Shown here in pieces: positions 30,805-41,403 of a stretch of 64,000 nucleotides of DNA (its first letter is position 1; the number at the start of each line of letters is the position of its first letter). The notes beneath the pieces were generated by a model. That model searched no databases and was not told the origin of the DNA. It saw only the letters and a program-made list of their open reading frames with translations. This DNA comes from Atribacterota bacterium (GTDB lineage Bacteria > Atribacterota > Phoenicimicrobiia > Phoenicimicrobiales > Stramentimicrobiaceae): the NCBI GenBank assembly GCA_040767965.1, contig JAXGNR010000004.1, forward strand, positions 640,001-704,000, in the 5' to 3' direction. Position numbers and translations under genes: made by a program.

Positions 30805-30863
30805 CTACCGACTACCTACTATATACTACCTACCATATACTCGATACTATATACTCTATACTA
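30805..30863. repeat. Degenerate heptamer array, right arm (inverted relative to the left arm)
   Basis: Minus strand: AGTATAG AGTATAT AGTATCG AGTATAT GGTAGGT AGTATAT AGTAGGT AGTCGGT. Confidence 0.8.
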
Positions 30864-30865
30864 TT

Positions 30866-32728
30866 TTAATATTCAATTTTATGTGCAGTAATCAGGATAA
30901 TAATTTCAGTTCTTTTTTTGGTCCGGTTAGTAAATTTAAATAATTCACCAATCACCGGTATTTCACTCAAAATAGGTATTTTTCTGATAGTTTGAATTTC
31001 TTCAGAGGTTATCAATCCACCTATAACATTTGTTATCCCTAAAGGTGAACGGATAATTGCCTGTTCCTGTCTGGAGTTTATTACAGGATATCCCTGAATC
31101 AGCTCTGTTCCCAATGACTCAACTTTAATGTCACAATCCATTGTTATATGGTCATCCATACTCAGACGAGGAGTAATTGTCATATTCAAGCCTACATCTA
31201 AATATCTTATTGTTTCAATTCCTTCTTCGGTCCGTTCCCGGATAGGTATTTTTGAACCGGATAAAATAATAGCTTCTTTGCCATCCAGTGTTAATATCTT
31301 TGGATTGGATAAAATATTGGTTTCTCCCTCTCTGACTAATGCATCCAGTCTTGCCTGGAATAATCCCCGTCTTTCAAAAGAACCTCCCAGGGTAATTTCT
31401 CCGAAGCTAATCTGTCCTTCAACTCTATTACCAGATTCATCAGTCCCGCCTGCGCTCCATGATATTCCCAAATCTTTTTCTTTATCTAAAGCTATTTCCA
31501 CAATTTTTGATTCTATCATTATCTGAGGAGCCCTTTTATCAAGCCCTTCAATCATTAATTTGGCATTTTCAATTTCCTGCTGATTGCCTTTAATGATAAT
31601 TTCGTTTTGTCGGTTATCAATAATTATCCGATTTTCATCAGGAATTATTATTGATAACATCTGTTTTATGGATTCAACTTCTTCAGGGGTTGTTGCATTA
31701 TCAATCTTAAAGGTATCAGTGATTAAACTGGTATCAATTTCTTTAATCAATTCTTCTGCTTTGGCAATTAAATCTGCTGTCCCTTCTAAAATCATATTGT
31801 TAAGCCTGATATCATTGGTTATTTTTATATTGTTGTTGTCTCCAAAATAATTATCCAGCACACTTTTAGTATTTTCTACATCAGCATTTTCTAAATGTAC
31901 AATTCTGGTTAATCTTTCCCTGTAGGTATCAATTACATCTTCAGTCCCTATAATAAGGGCGTTTCCAACCTGAGTATAGCTGAGTCTTTTTAGAGTTAAG
32001 ATCCAGTCAAAAGCCTCCTTGAAAGTAACGTTATTCAAGTTAAGGGTAATGTTACCGGTAACAGAGTCATCAGCAACTATATTAACCCCGCTTATCAGAG
32101 ATAATGTTCTGATGGCATCAACAACCTCAGTTTCTTTCAGATTTAAAGTGATAGGAACTTTTACCTGGTCAACCAATGAAGGAACATACGATTTTTGTTG
32201 CTCTTGAATTTTTCTTATCTCATCAGCATGCAGAGGCTCAACGGTATATACTTGTTTTTCAGGGGCAAAAAATTCTTCATAATCATAAACATTAATTTGC
32301 AATAACTGTTTCGTGCTGTCCAGTGCTATTTCATAATTGGTTTTGTCAAATAAATCTATGACAAACCGAACATTATTTTCTTCAAATTGACCGCATCTGA
32401 CCTGTTTTACTGATCCCATATTTAAAAAGAGAGTATTTTTCACCAGCTCAATAATATTATAGTCAGCATTTTCAAAATCGATAACAATTCTTTCGGGGTC
32501 TCCAACATAAATAGAATTATAGTTTTCAATGGGTTTATCGGCTTTGATAGTTAATCTGGTAAAATTCGGCATTTTTCTATACCAGATATGGGTAATAGTA
32601 ATATTGCTTTGGGCAATACATATATCAAATAACATAAAAAATAAAAAAACTATTAAAACTGAAATAGAATAAAATCTAAATATTAAGCCTTTATTTTTTC
32701 CATGATTATTCATTAGATACTCCCCCAC
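30866..32728 (-). CDS. pilQ: Type IV pilus secretin (AMIN + STN + N domains + secretin)
   Basis: PERIVIDF..VKQVRCGQF..VRFVIDL AMIN; QIMIESKIVE, LSNPKILTLDGKEA, KIPILSEIPVIGELFK; last gene of pilMNOP(Q). Confidence 0.92.
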   Translation of the reverse strand: MGEYLMNNHGKNKGLIFRFYSISVLIVFLFFMLFDICIAQSNITITHIWYRKMPNFTRLTIKADKPIENYNSIYVGDPERIVIDFENADYNIIELVKNTLFLNMGSVKQVRCGQFEENNVRFVIDLFDKTNYEIALDSTKQLLQINVYDYEEFFAPEKQVYTVEPLHADEIRKIQEQQKSYVPSLVDQVKVPITLNLKETEVVDAIRTLSLISGVNIVADDSVTGNITLNLNNVTFKEAFDWILTLKRLSYTQVGNALIIGTEDVIDTYRERLTRIVHLENADVENTKSVLDNYFGDNNNIKITNDIRLNNMILEGTADLIAKAEELIKEIDTSLITDTFKIDNATTPEEVESIKQMLSIIIPDENRIIIDNRQNEIIIKGNQQEIENAKLMIEGLDKRAPQIMIESKIVEIALDKEKDLGISWSAGGTDESGNRVEGQISFGEITLGGSFERRGLFQARLDALVREGETNILSNPKILTLDGKEAIILSGSKIPIRERTEEGIETIRYLDVGLNMTITPRLSMDDHITMDCDIKVESLGTELIQGYPVINSRQEQAIIRSPLGITNVIGGLITSEEIQTIRKIPILSEIPVIGELFKFTNRTKKRTEIIILITAHKIEY

Positions 32729-33371
32729 CTCCTAATTGTAGTGTTATATCATAATCATTAATATCAATAATAATTTTCTCTTCCTGAATTGATTTAACAA
32801 AATACTTATCTAAAATTAAATCCCCTTGTTTAACTATATAAGTTTCTTTTTCAATTTCCAAAATAGCTAATTTTTCTTCTCCTGCAGCAATCAATCCAGT
32901 GAATCTACTTCCAGGAGGCAGTTCCGGCTGAACAAAACGACGAATGTCATCTTCAGACAGTAATTCATCTGCTATTTTTTCTTTTTCAACATCCAGATAA
33001 ACAGTGCTGACTATTCTGCTAAAGGGATTACGGCTGACAGGTGGTTCAAATGGCTCATAGGTAAAAACTTTTGTTTCATAGCTTTCATGTCTTTGTTTAA
33101 CATCTTTTTCAAAGGGTGTTAATTCTACAACTTCAGGAATACCATCGCTGGGTTCTTCTCTAATCTGCTGAGAAAGTGATCTGTTTGAGACATCACCAGC
33201 TATTCTGCTATCAGTGTTCATATTAATATTGTTATTATCTGCAGCCTGTTCACTTGACCAGGGCAAAAAGTTAGTTATGGAAGATAATAATTCCGGAGCA
33301 AACCAGGCAATGGCAGTAATAATTGCCAGCACTATAAGTATTACTAATAAAACACGATTTACCTTGCTCAA
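32706..33371 (-). CDS. PilP-like protein (GspC-HR-like C-terminal domain, TM anchor)
   Basis: Between pilO and pilQ; RNPF motif and FTGLI..KLAILE..YIVKQGD. Confidence 0.7.
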   Translation of the reverse strand: MSKVNRVLLVILIVLAIITAIAWFAPELLSSITNFLPWSSEQAADNNNINMNTDSRIAGDVSNRSLSQQIREEPSDGIPEVVELTPFEKDVKQRHESYETKVFTYEPFEPPVSRNPFSRIVSTVYLDVEKEKIADELLSEDDIRRFVQPELPPGSRFTGLIAAGEEKLAILEIEKETYIVKQGDLILDKYFVKSIQEEKIIIDINDYDITLQLGGGGVSNE

Positions 33372-33372
33372 T

Positions 33373-33927
33373 TTAATTATTTCCTTTCATCAGGACATAA
33401 GTGAACATGTTCATAGACACATTAACGATTTCATTATTTTCACCTGTGGGGTTAAGTCTTAAATCTCTAACATCAACAATTCTGGGGAAATTTTCCAATC
33501 TGTCCAAAAATTTTATCATTTCATTATAACTGGCAGTATATGTTAGGGTAATGGGTAATCTTGCAAAAATAGCATCCCTGTCTTGTGATAAATTTTGAGG
33601 TGAAAAATTAGAAAAATCAATATTGAATTCATCCATTGTTTCCTGCAAAAGAACCAGAAAATCAGGAATGTCTTTTTCTTTAGGTAATAAAACTTCCATA
33701 AAAGCAAGTCTTTCCGTAAGTTCCTGATATTCAATTCTTAATTCATCAAGGCGGGCAACTATCCTTCTGCCTTCTTCAATTCTTGTGTTAAGAGAGCTGA
33801 TTTGCTGATCCAGAGCATCAATTCTGGCTTTTCTTGGCTGATATATAAAAGAATAATTAATATAAGCAAAAGCAATTAAAAAAACTACCAGTAGTATTAT
33901 TTTTGTTCTTTTATTAATTTTTGGCAA
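33373..33927 (-). CDS. pilO: Type IV pilus assembly protein PilO
   Basis: TM + coiled coil, LLPKEKDIPDFL, FLDRLENFPRIVDV. Confidence 0.9.
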   Translation of the reverse strand: MPKINKRTKIILLVVFLIAFAYINYSFIYQPRKARIDALDQQISSLNTRIEEGRRIVARLDELRIEYQELTERLAFMEVLLPKEKDIPDFLVLLQETMDEFNIDFSNFSPQNLSQDRDAIFARLPITLTYTASYNEMIKFLDRLENFPRIVDVRDLRLNPTGENNEIVNVSMNMFTYVLMKGNN

Positions 33928-33950
33928 ACTATTTCCCTCTATTTCAAATT

Positions 33951-34544
33951 TTAATTAAAAGGTCTAAAAGGAATAAAAACACCGGATAACTGAAAATTAA
34001 CAGTATCAAGACTTTGGTCTATTTCAGGAATTCTGGTACTCTGTTTTCTGATATATTGCAACTCAATGGCATCAAACCTCTCATGGTCCTTCAAAGTGTT
34101 CATATATTGAGCAACTAAATAGTTGTTAAAAGTGTTGGCAGAGAAGTTAAAAGTCTGATTAGCGTTAAGAGTCAGGTTATTAAGCCACACTTCAGCTAAT
34201 GTTGTTTCACTGAAATCTCCCAATACCCTGGTAAATCTTGATTGATTTTTAATTAGACTTTCAATAACCTTAACTCTTTCATCCAGTTCTGCTTTATCTC
34301 TTTCCAGATTTCTCACTTCCTGAATAACTGAGTTTATGGAAGCAAGCTGGACTTCTAAAATTTTCACTTGTATTTCTTTTGTGTATATTTTATTTTCCAG
34401 TGAATAATACAAAAATATTGAACCGGCAAAAAGAATCAGAATAAAAGCAGTTAACAAAATTCTGGATAGATTGTATTTTTCTTTTTCTCTGTATTCATCT
34501 GGTAAAAGGTTTATGTCTCGTATAATATTTTTGTTTTTTGCCAT
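33951..34544 (-). CDS. pilN: Type IV pilus assembly protein PilN
   Basis: N-terminal INLLP motif, TM, coiled coil, EVWLNNL. Confidence 0.9.
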   Translation of the reverse strand: MAKNKNIIRDINLLPDEYREKEKYNLSRILLTAFILILFAGSIFLYYSLENKIYTKEIQVKILEVQLASINSVIQEVRNLERDKAELDERVKVIESLIKNQSRFTRVLGDFSETTLAEVWLNNLTLNANQTFNFSANTFNNYLVAQYMNTLKDHERFDAIELQYIRKQSTRIPEIDQSLDTVNFQLSGVFIPFRPFN

Positions 34545-34550
34545 TCTTCT

Positions 34551-35687
34551 TTACCTTTCTCTTTTTGCCAAACCAATGGCATTAGCAAGACTACTTTTAT
34601 ACTTTTCCAGGTTATCCAGATTTATATTGTTATTTATTGTAATGTCTTTTAAAGGATTTGCTTTGACAACGGTAATTCTGAATTGCTGTTTCAGCAGCTG
34701 GCCTAAATTGCTCATTGCTGCCATTCCTCCGGTTAAAATAATTCTTTGATATGATACATTCTGGTATTGTGTTTTATAATAATTGAGGGATTTTCTTATT
34801 TCATTAAAAATGTCTGTAACTCCTTCATTGATTAAGCTAATTAGGATTTCCTTTTCGGGAATAATATCTTCTTCATTAACTTTTTTGATATCTTCCTTTT
34901 CAATATCCTGTTCTTCTGTTTCATTTGTTTCAATCTCATCTAAGGCAGGAGTTATTGTAACACCAATTTTTCTTTTCAGGATTTCGGCTTCATTGAAGTT
35001 TATTTCCAGCTTTTTAGCAATTGCTTCTGTAATATCATTTCCTCCTTTAAGAATGGTGCGGGTAAATTTTAACCTATCTCCTTCAATTAATGTTATTTCA
35101 GTGGTGGTTGCACCCATAGAGATAATTATATCTATTTTAGTTTCCTGATCATCAACAGAGACAGGGATTAAGTAATCCTGGAAAGCTCTTATCTGGGCAT
35201 TGGCAATAATATCTACTACTTTTGGTTGAATTCTATTTTTTCTGATAATATCAATCTGCTGTGATACCAGAGTTTTAGGGGCTGCAACAAGAAGAACTCT
35301 CATCATCTTATTGCCTTCTCTTTCTTCAAGTTCTTCTATAATTTTCGCATCGAGCAGAGATTCTTTCAGATCATAGGGAACATACTTGGGGGCTTCCCAT
35401 TGAATACCGTCAATTAATTCTTTTTCATTCATAAGCGGTGTGGTAATTTCTCTTACTATAACTTTTTGTCCGGTAATGCCGATAATACCATTTTTTTCCC
35501 GAATTCCTTTTTTCCTAAGCATTTTCATCAATGCCTCTGAAACAGCATCAGCATCTTTTATCTCACCGTGTTTTATGCTATCAGGCGGAGTTAAAACAAG
35601 ACCGAAGTTTTCCAGTTTAAAACTATTACCTGTTCTTACCAGATGAACTGCCTTGATTGAACGTGCTCCAAAATCAATTGCCAGCAT
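34551..35687 (-). CDS. pilM: Type IV pilus assembly protein PilM
   Basis: LAIDFGARSIK, VLLVAAPK, GGNDIT, ILTGG, NP..AIGLAKR (actin-like fold). Confidence 0.94.
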   Translation of the reverse strand: MLAIDFGARSIKAVHLVRTGNSFKLENFGLVLTPPDSIKHGEIKDADAVSEALMKMLRKKGIREKNGIIGITGQKVIVREITTPLMNEKELIDGIQWEAPKYVPYDLKESLLDAKIIEELEEREGNKMMRVLLVAAPKTLVSQQIDIIRKNRIQPKVVDIIANAQIRAFQDYLIPVSVDDQETKIDIIISMGATTTEITLIEGDRLKFTRTILKGGNDITEAIAKKLEINFNEAEILKRKIGVTITPALDEIETNETEEQDIEKEDIKKVNEEDIIPEKEILISLINEGVTDIFNEIRKSLNYYKTQYQNVSYQRIILTGGMAAMSNLGQLLKQQFRITVVKANPLKDITINNNINLDNLEKYKSSLANAIGLAKRER

Positions 35688-35802
35688 TTTTGCCCCTTCC
35701 AAAAATATAGCTTAAATAATAAATTAAACGGTTGTATAAAAAAATTATATTATCTTTTATAAAAATAGTAATATTTTTTGTTTTAATTATATATAATAAA
35801 TT

Positions 35803-35840
35803 ATAAATTAGCAATCATTTTATATGAATTGCTAATTTAT
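35803..35840. promoter_or_regulatory. 13-bp-arm inverted repeat between the pilX-like gene and pilM (terminator or operator)
   Basis: ATAAATTAGCAAT-12 nt-ATTGCTAATTTAT. Confidence 0.4.
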
Positions 35841-35933
35841 CTATAGAATTATAAGTTATCTGTATTTCTTATATTAAAGAAACAGGAAATCCATACTTGT
35901 ATGTTAAAAAGGTTTATCAATCTTTTTAACTTC

Positions 35934-37112
35934 CTATAGTTCTCTCCAGGAGACTTTTTTCCATACTTCTATGCCTGTACCTACAACAATTTCTTCCTGT
36001 AATCCTTTGTCGTAAACAATTTCTACATTTCCATTTACTTTGACATATGGGGCAACGACAGCTCCCAAATTTACATCTACATTACCATGTAAATCTATAG
36101 TTGAATTTGATTGAAATATACCTTCACCGTGAACAGTGCCATGACCGGTAATACTGCCAATGGCAACCAGTGACAAAGGGTTATCCCAATCATCTGAGTG
36201 TTCAACAAAAAGCTCAGTATTGCCTTGAAATTCAATAGAGCCGGTTACAAAAATTGCACCATCATTTACAATGATTTCACTTGCCGGTGGTTTTATTGTT
36301 AAATCTCCGTCAATATAATGGAATCCTTCTAAAACACGATCACTATCAAAAACTTGATCTCCATTGTAAACTGTTCCAGATTCACTAGCTTTATTGTAAT
36401 AGTAATTAAAATCAATAAATGGTATAGGTTGAGTGGGCTGACTAATTCCCTCCATATGAGCACTTATCTCGCCGGTTGCTGAAAGAGTTCCATTTGTTAG
36501 ATCAAATGCGGCACCACTAATGTCTACATCGCCATTACTATGAATGTCTCCATTTACATGTACAGAACCAAGAATGTTAACAAAACTATCAGCAAGTATA
36601 GCATAATTATAAGATAATGAATTGTTTTGGATTGTTCCTTTTCTTAGTTTTACCTCGATAGTTCTACTGCCATCATTGTACATACTTGAGTTATCTACAA
36701 TACCAGTTGATTCGAAGGTAATCTCTATTGCTTTACCGTCTTCATAATCTGATTCAAATACATATACTTCAAAATATTCAGTATTACTTTCCCTGTCTTC
36801 AGGGGATGGCCATGGATTTTCAGTAAGTTCACCATCAGAATCATACTTTGGTACTCTCCAATTAATTCCTTGCAGATTACTTTGAGATATATTCATAAAC
36901 CATAATGCTTTTTCTATGCCTGTTTCAGCGAGATAAAAAGCTCTGTTTGATTCTCTCTGCAAGGTAGACAGCTTTGAATCATTGCTAGCCATTGTTAATA
37001 AGGCGATACCAATGCTGCCAAGCACAAACACAATTATTAAAGTTGCTATTAACGCCATGCCTTTTTCTTTATTTCTTTTAGATTTATTGCTAATCATAAT
37101 GTTTTTTTTCAT
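35934..37112 (-). CDS. PilX-like minor pilin with C-terminal beta-solenoid-like region
   Basis: KEKG|MALIAT (no E5), RAFYLAETGIE, Gly-rich repeats, terminal SWREL. Confidence 0.85.
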   Translation of the reverse strand: MKKNIMISNKSKRNKEKGMALIATLIIVFVLGSIGIALLTMASNDSKLSTLQRESNRAFYLAETGIEKALWFMNISQSNLQGINWRVPKYDSDGELTENPWPSPEDRESNTEYFEVYVFESDYEDGKAIEITFESTGIVDNSSMYNDGSRTIEVKLRKGTIQNNSLSYNYAILADSFVNILGSVHVNGDIHSNGDVDISGAAFDLTNGTLSATGEISAHMEGISQPTQPIPFIDFNYYYNKASESGTVYNGDQVFDSDRVLEGFHYIDGDLTIKPPASEIIVNDGAIFVTGSIEFQGNTELFVEHSDDWDNPLSLVAIGSITGHGTVHGEGIFQSNSTIDLHGNVDVNLGAVVAPYVKVNGNVEIVYDKGLQEEIVVGTGIEVWKKVSWREL

Positions 37113-37159
37113 TATTTATCACCTCGAACACTTCAAAATAGTAAGCACAATTAATCCTC

Positions 37160-37696
37160 TTAGTCTGTCAACATGAAGTTTCTTAAATTAACTTTTGATT
37201 CAAGAACAGTATCAGAATTTCCATCACTATCAACATCCATTGCAAGATATATTACAACTATAGATATTTTAGTGCTATCTGGTGGATCAACAACCAATCC
37301 ATTATTATCATAATAAGAAAAAGAAAAAGCTGATACATTTTTAAGCAAAGATGCGCTTCCTTCTTTAATTTCTTTGTCAGCTCCACTATAAGAATATGTT
37401 ATATGTTGATTTTTGTTTGGATTGAAAAAAAATATTTCACTTATGTTTGATGAATTAATATATGTTCCATCATCAACATAACGCGCCTCTCTTATCTCTC
37501 TTACCATTCTATCCATTACCTGCCTTGCTTCTCTTTGAGCTTTTAACTGGTTTTGTCCGGAAACCCATGAACGGATGCCGCCAGAAAAGAGGGAAACTAA
37601 TCCTAATATAATAATGGATAAAACAGCCAAAACTACCATCATTTCAATAAGTGTAAGACCTTTATTGTTTATTTTTTTTCTTATTATTTTTATCAT
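37160..37696 (-). CDS. PilW-like minor pilin
   Basis: NKG|LTLIEMMV, EARQVMDRMVREIREA, FSYYD, terminal VNLRN. Confidence 0.88.
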   Translation of the reverse strand: MIKIIRKKINNKGLTLIEMMVVLAVLSIIILGLVSLFSGGIRSWVSGQNQLKAQREARQVMDRMVREIREARYVDDGTYINSSNISEIFFFNPNKNQHITYSYSGADKEIKEGSASLLKNVSAFSFSYYDNNGLVVDPPDSTKISIVVIYLAMDVDSDGNSDTVLESKVNLRNFMLTD

Positions 37697-37739
37697 TTTT
37701 ATTTTTTCTTTTTACTTTTTTATATGTTTAATTTGAAAT

Positions 37740-40172
37740 CATAAAACTAATTATTGATATTTATTATCCCAAAATCATAATATTGATTTTCACATTCCGG
37801 ATTTACTATTGTCGTAAGTAGCACTTTATTAATATTATGATTAAGCATGGTAGGTAATTTTGTATTCTTCCCTTGATATAAAGTATAGGCAACAGGTAAT
37901 TGTACTAAAATCACCACTACCTACATTTGTATAAACAGTTTCATCGTTTATTTGAATTACTTCAATTCTGGAAGAGGAGTTATAGGTTATTTTTAGATTA
38001 TAAAGTTAAATCCCCACCAACTATTATTGAAACATAATCTAAAACTATATTCCCGAGTGCAGACTAACACTGCTTTCATCAAGGTCTATTTCAAAGAATT
38101 CCCAATATTAACACCAATTACCAGATCATTGTTATTATATATCTCTTTAGATCCAGCCAAAGAAGAAGCAGTAATTTTTACTGTTCCCAGGTTGCATTGT
38201 CCGTGTAAAATAGCAGTTGCTATTCCGTTATTTACATCCACAGAAATACTGCTCCCTGATGAAAATTTGGCACTATTGGCACCTTCTATAATATTGAAAA
38301 TTACTTTACCTAAGTATTCTGTTACTGTTGCATCACTAGAATCTTTTATGGTTGCGGTAATAGTGCAAGAATCATTTTCTTTACCTAAAATATTTATATT
38401 GTTTTCTGAAGTTTTCAATTCAATATAGTCCGCTTCTACATAGAAATTTACTGTTGTTATTCCTGTAATATTTTTAGTACTGGTATAAGAGTTAGCTGTA
38501 ATATTAGCTATTCCTGTATTTTCATCGCTCCTCTTCCAACTAAGTCCAGTCTTGCCATTCAGATAATTGTCTTCAGTATAGGAAACAGTTGTAGTTTGAC
38601 TGCCATTATCAAATACACCCTTACTGTGTTGAAAGTAATAATTTGATCATAGTTAGATACTGTTTTGTTATCGATTGATTTTACAGTTGCGGTAATAGTA
38701 GAAATATCCTCACTGCCCAATTTTATGAATGTTGGATTAGCTTTTACATCAATATAATCAGCAACAAGTGGTTCATTTATAATTATTGTTGTTGTATCTG
38801 TGGTTAAAATATTATCCTGGTCACTTGCCTCAATAACAACCTCTCCGCTGCTATTTGGTGAAGGAGTAAATGTTGAACTACCAGATGTTTGCCCTGGCAA
38901 AATAATTATTTGATCAGTATTGAAAATTCCACTTCCGGAAGATTCAGCAAGTATTGCTAAATTTATAATTATATCTTCATCATATGGATTTGAAACAGTA
39001 AGACCTTTTTCATCCTTTAAAGTACAAGTAATTATAGATGATTCATAATCAAATATTGTAGCCGGGTATGCTGAAATATTTATAGCCGAAACCTCTCCGG
39101 CTATAAATATTTGCATACTTCCGGAAAAAAGATCTGTTGAACTACCAGTAATTATGTCGGAACCTGGATAACTGTCAGCAGTGTATACAATTTCTGCTCT
39201 TCCAAACTCATCGGTTTCCATTGAAAGAGGTGCAATAGTACTTTCTCCTTCTCCTTCTATACTGAAATTGATTGTTATTGGATAATCTGTAAATATTTCA
39301 TTATTTGCTCTTAATATGTAGCCGACAATATATATTTCATCTTCTGTTTCCACCGTCACAGGAGAATTAAGCTCATCTATGGAATCAAATTCACGTGCTT
39401 TTAGTGAAACTCTTACTGGTCCAGGTGTAAGCATAATCTGAACTTCATCAAAACCGAGCTCCGGATTGTCCAATACAGAGGCTCTAATGGTTACATATTC
39501 TATTTGATTATTTTCTATAAGTTCTGAGGCGTTTGAAAAAAACGTACATTTTGCTAAACCATTTTCTGTAGTTACTGTTTTTTTAATAATAGTCTCTGTA
39601 TCCAAATATCCATATTCCCAATTAACAGTAATTTCAAACTCAATATCCCCTTCCCAATAGTTAACTGTATTTCCTTTGGAATCTTTTATAACCGCAGTTA
39701 GCTCTGTATAATCGTCTATTGGATATAATACATTATAAGGATAAACATATAAGATAATTTTTTCAGCATCCCCAGGTAAAAATTCCATTTTTGTTAATAA
39801 TGTAGAAGCAGAAGTTTTTTCTTCCCTATCCCTGCCTTGCCAATAAACCACTACTGTCACTTCTTTCTGAGTTGGGTTTACTTCATTGTTAGGAATAACA
39901 ACAACTTCTCTTTCATATTTATCAGATCCTAAAATTGAACTTCTTATAACATCATCAACTTTATCAAAATCCATGTTTTTTATTTCTTCTAATGTCTGCC
40001 TTACATAATTTACAGCTTCTGTTCGTTCTCTGGATTCAGCCATGCTCATAAATCCTGTTGTAAATGCCTGGAAAATACCTAAAGCAGCCAATGCCAGTAT
40101 AGCAACTGCTACCATTAATTCAATTAAAGTTAAACCTTTTTGGTTTCGAGCTATTTTATTTATTTGTAACAT
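37740..40172 (-). CDS. Large PilV-like pilin fused to multiple Ig-like (Big_1) domains; frameshifted, 3' end approximate
   Basis: QKG|LTLIELMVAV, LEEIK..F, KEVTVVVYW, then repeated (S/C)TITATIKD.. units; a shift at ~38622 leads into the frame of ORF 38086-38418, with further shifts beyond 38090. Confidence 0.78.
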
Positions 40173-40328
40173 TTTGGGAATACCTCCCTGCTTTCAAAGT
40201 AGGTAATGCTTGCTAGTACAGTTTCAGTTTTTCATTTACTTTTTTGATATATTTAAATTAATATTTTTTTGTTTCCTCTGTCTATTATAAATACTTTTGC
40301 CATTTTTTAAAATAATAATTATTTTTTC

Positions 40329-40538
40329 CACCCCCACATTTATCCTCCCATCAAGGGGAGGAAGTGAAAGGTTTTATCCTTCCACCAAGGAAAAAAATAA
40401 CTCTTCATCGGGGGGAGGATAATAAAAAAACTAAATCTTCCTTTAATGGGGAAGAAATGAGAAAAGTTAAATCTCTCCATCAAAGAAAAAGATTCAAAAA
40501 AGTTACATCTCTCCTCAAAGGGAGGAAATTGAAAAAGT
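40329..40538 (+). repeat. Hairpin-unit array R1
   Basis: Starts CACCCCCACATTTATCCTCCCATCAAGGGGAGGAA, then about 5 degenerate ~36 nt units. Confidence 0.8.
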
Positions 40539-40592
40539 TGTCATTGCGAGCCTGCCCTTAACTACTGTTAAGAGATAGGCGTGGCAATCTCA
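40539..40592. repeat. REP-like palindrome TGTCATTGCGAG...GCAATCTCA
   Basis: Ends are reverse-complementary to the element at 42851-42886; internal extra hairpin. Confidence 0.7.
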
Positions 40593-40676
40593 TCCATTTA
40601 TTCCCAAAGTATTCAGGGTATACATTAAATAAGTTTGCATATAATATTGTTAACTTTCAATAAATCTCACCACATT

Positions 40677-40708
40677 TACTACATACTACATGCTCGATAC
40701 CCGATACT
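40677..40708. repeat. Short heptamer array of the same family as 30805-30863
   Basis: tactaca tactaca tgctcga tacccga tact. Confidence 0.55.
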
Positions 40709-40726
40709 GATTACACTTCGCAAAAC

Positions 40727-41202
40727 CTACCAATTTGCCGGCGGTGTAGTGCTAATGCGTATTCTTCCTGTTACCGGGGTCATGATTACATATAATGTTT
40801 TATTTCCGCCAGTTTTTAAGGTAACAGTTCCTCCCATGCTGGGAGTTCCTTTTTTATTAAAGTACACTTTATTGCTGGTAAAATTTGTATAGTGTAAATT
40901 TATATTGCTCAGCTTGATATCGTGAATCATTTCATCTTCCTCATAAACGCGATACCTGTCAAGAAAGGGTAAAAGTCTATTTTATAATAATTACCTGTAT
41001 ACATAGCCAAGCTCTGGCAATTTTTTAATATTGCTTCAAGCTGGCAGGCTGTTCTGTAAAGGTCTGTATTTGCTTTTGCAATGTAAAGACCTTTAACAGA
41101 AATAATAAATAATATTGAAATGACAGCTGCAATTATTGTTGCTTCAATGAGGGTGTAGCCATGGGAGTTAACAATGTTTTTTCTTTCAGGGATATTTTTC
41201 AT
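40727..41202 (-). CDS. FimT/GspH-like minor pilin, split by one frameshift at ~40965
   Basis: SHG|YTLIEA N-terminus (40927-41202) joins via DRYRVYEEDEMIH to VYFNKKGTPSMGGTVTL..TPVTGRIRI (40727-40930). Confidence 0.82.
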
Positions 41203-41292
41203 CTTTTATTATTTTTATAATGTACTTTTTCTTTATTATTCCCCATTTAACAGGTTTTAGACAAAAAATATATTATGTTTGCATGGTAAATT

Positions 41293-41403
41293 TACCCCCG
41301 CTTTATCCTCCCCTCAGGGGAGGAGATGGAAAAAGGATAAATCCCTCTTTCAAGGGTTTGGAAATGGGGAAAAATTTAATCCTCTACTCAAGGAAGAGAA
41401 AAA
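41293..41403 (+). repeat. Hairpin-unit array R2
   Basis: TACCCCCGCTTTATCCTCCCCTCAGGGGAGGAG followed by 2 degenerate units. Confidence 0.78.
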
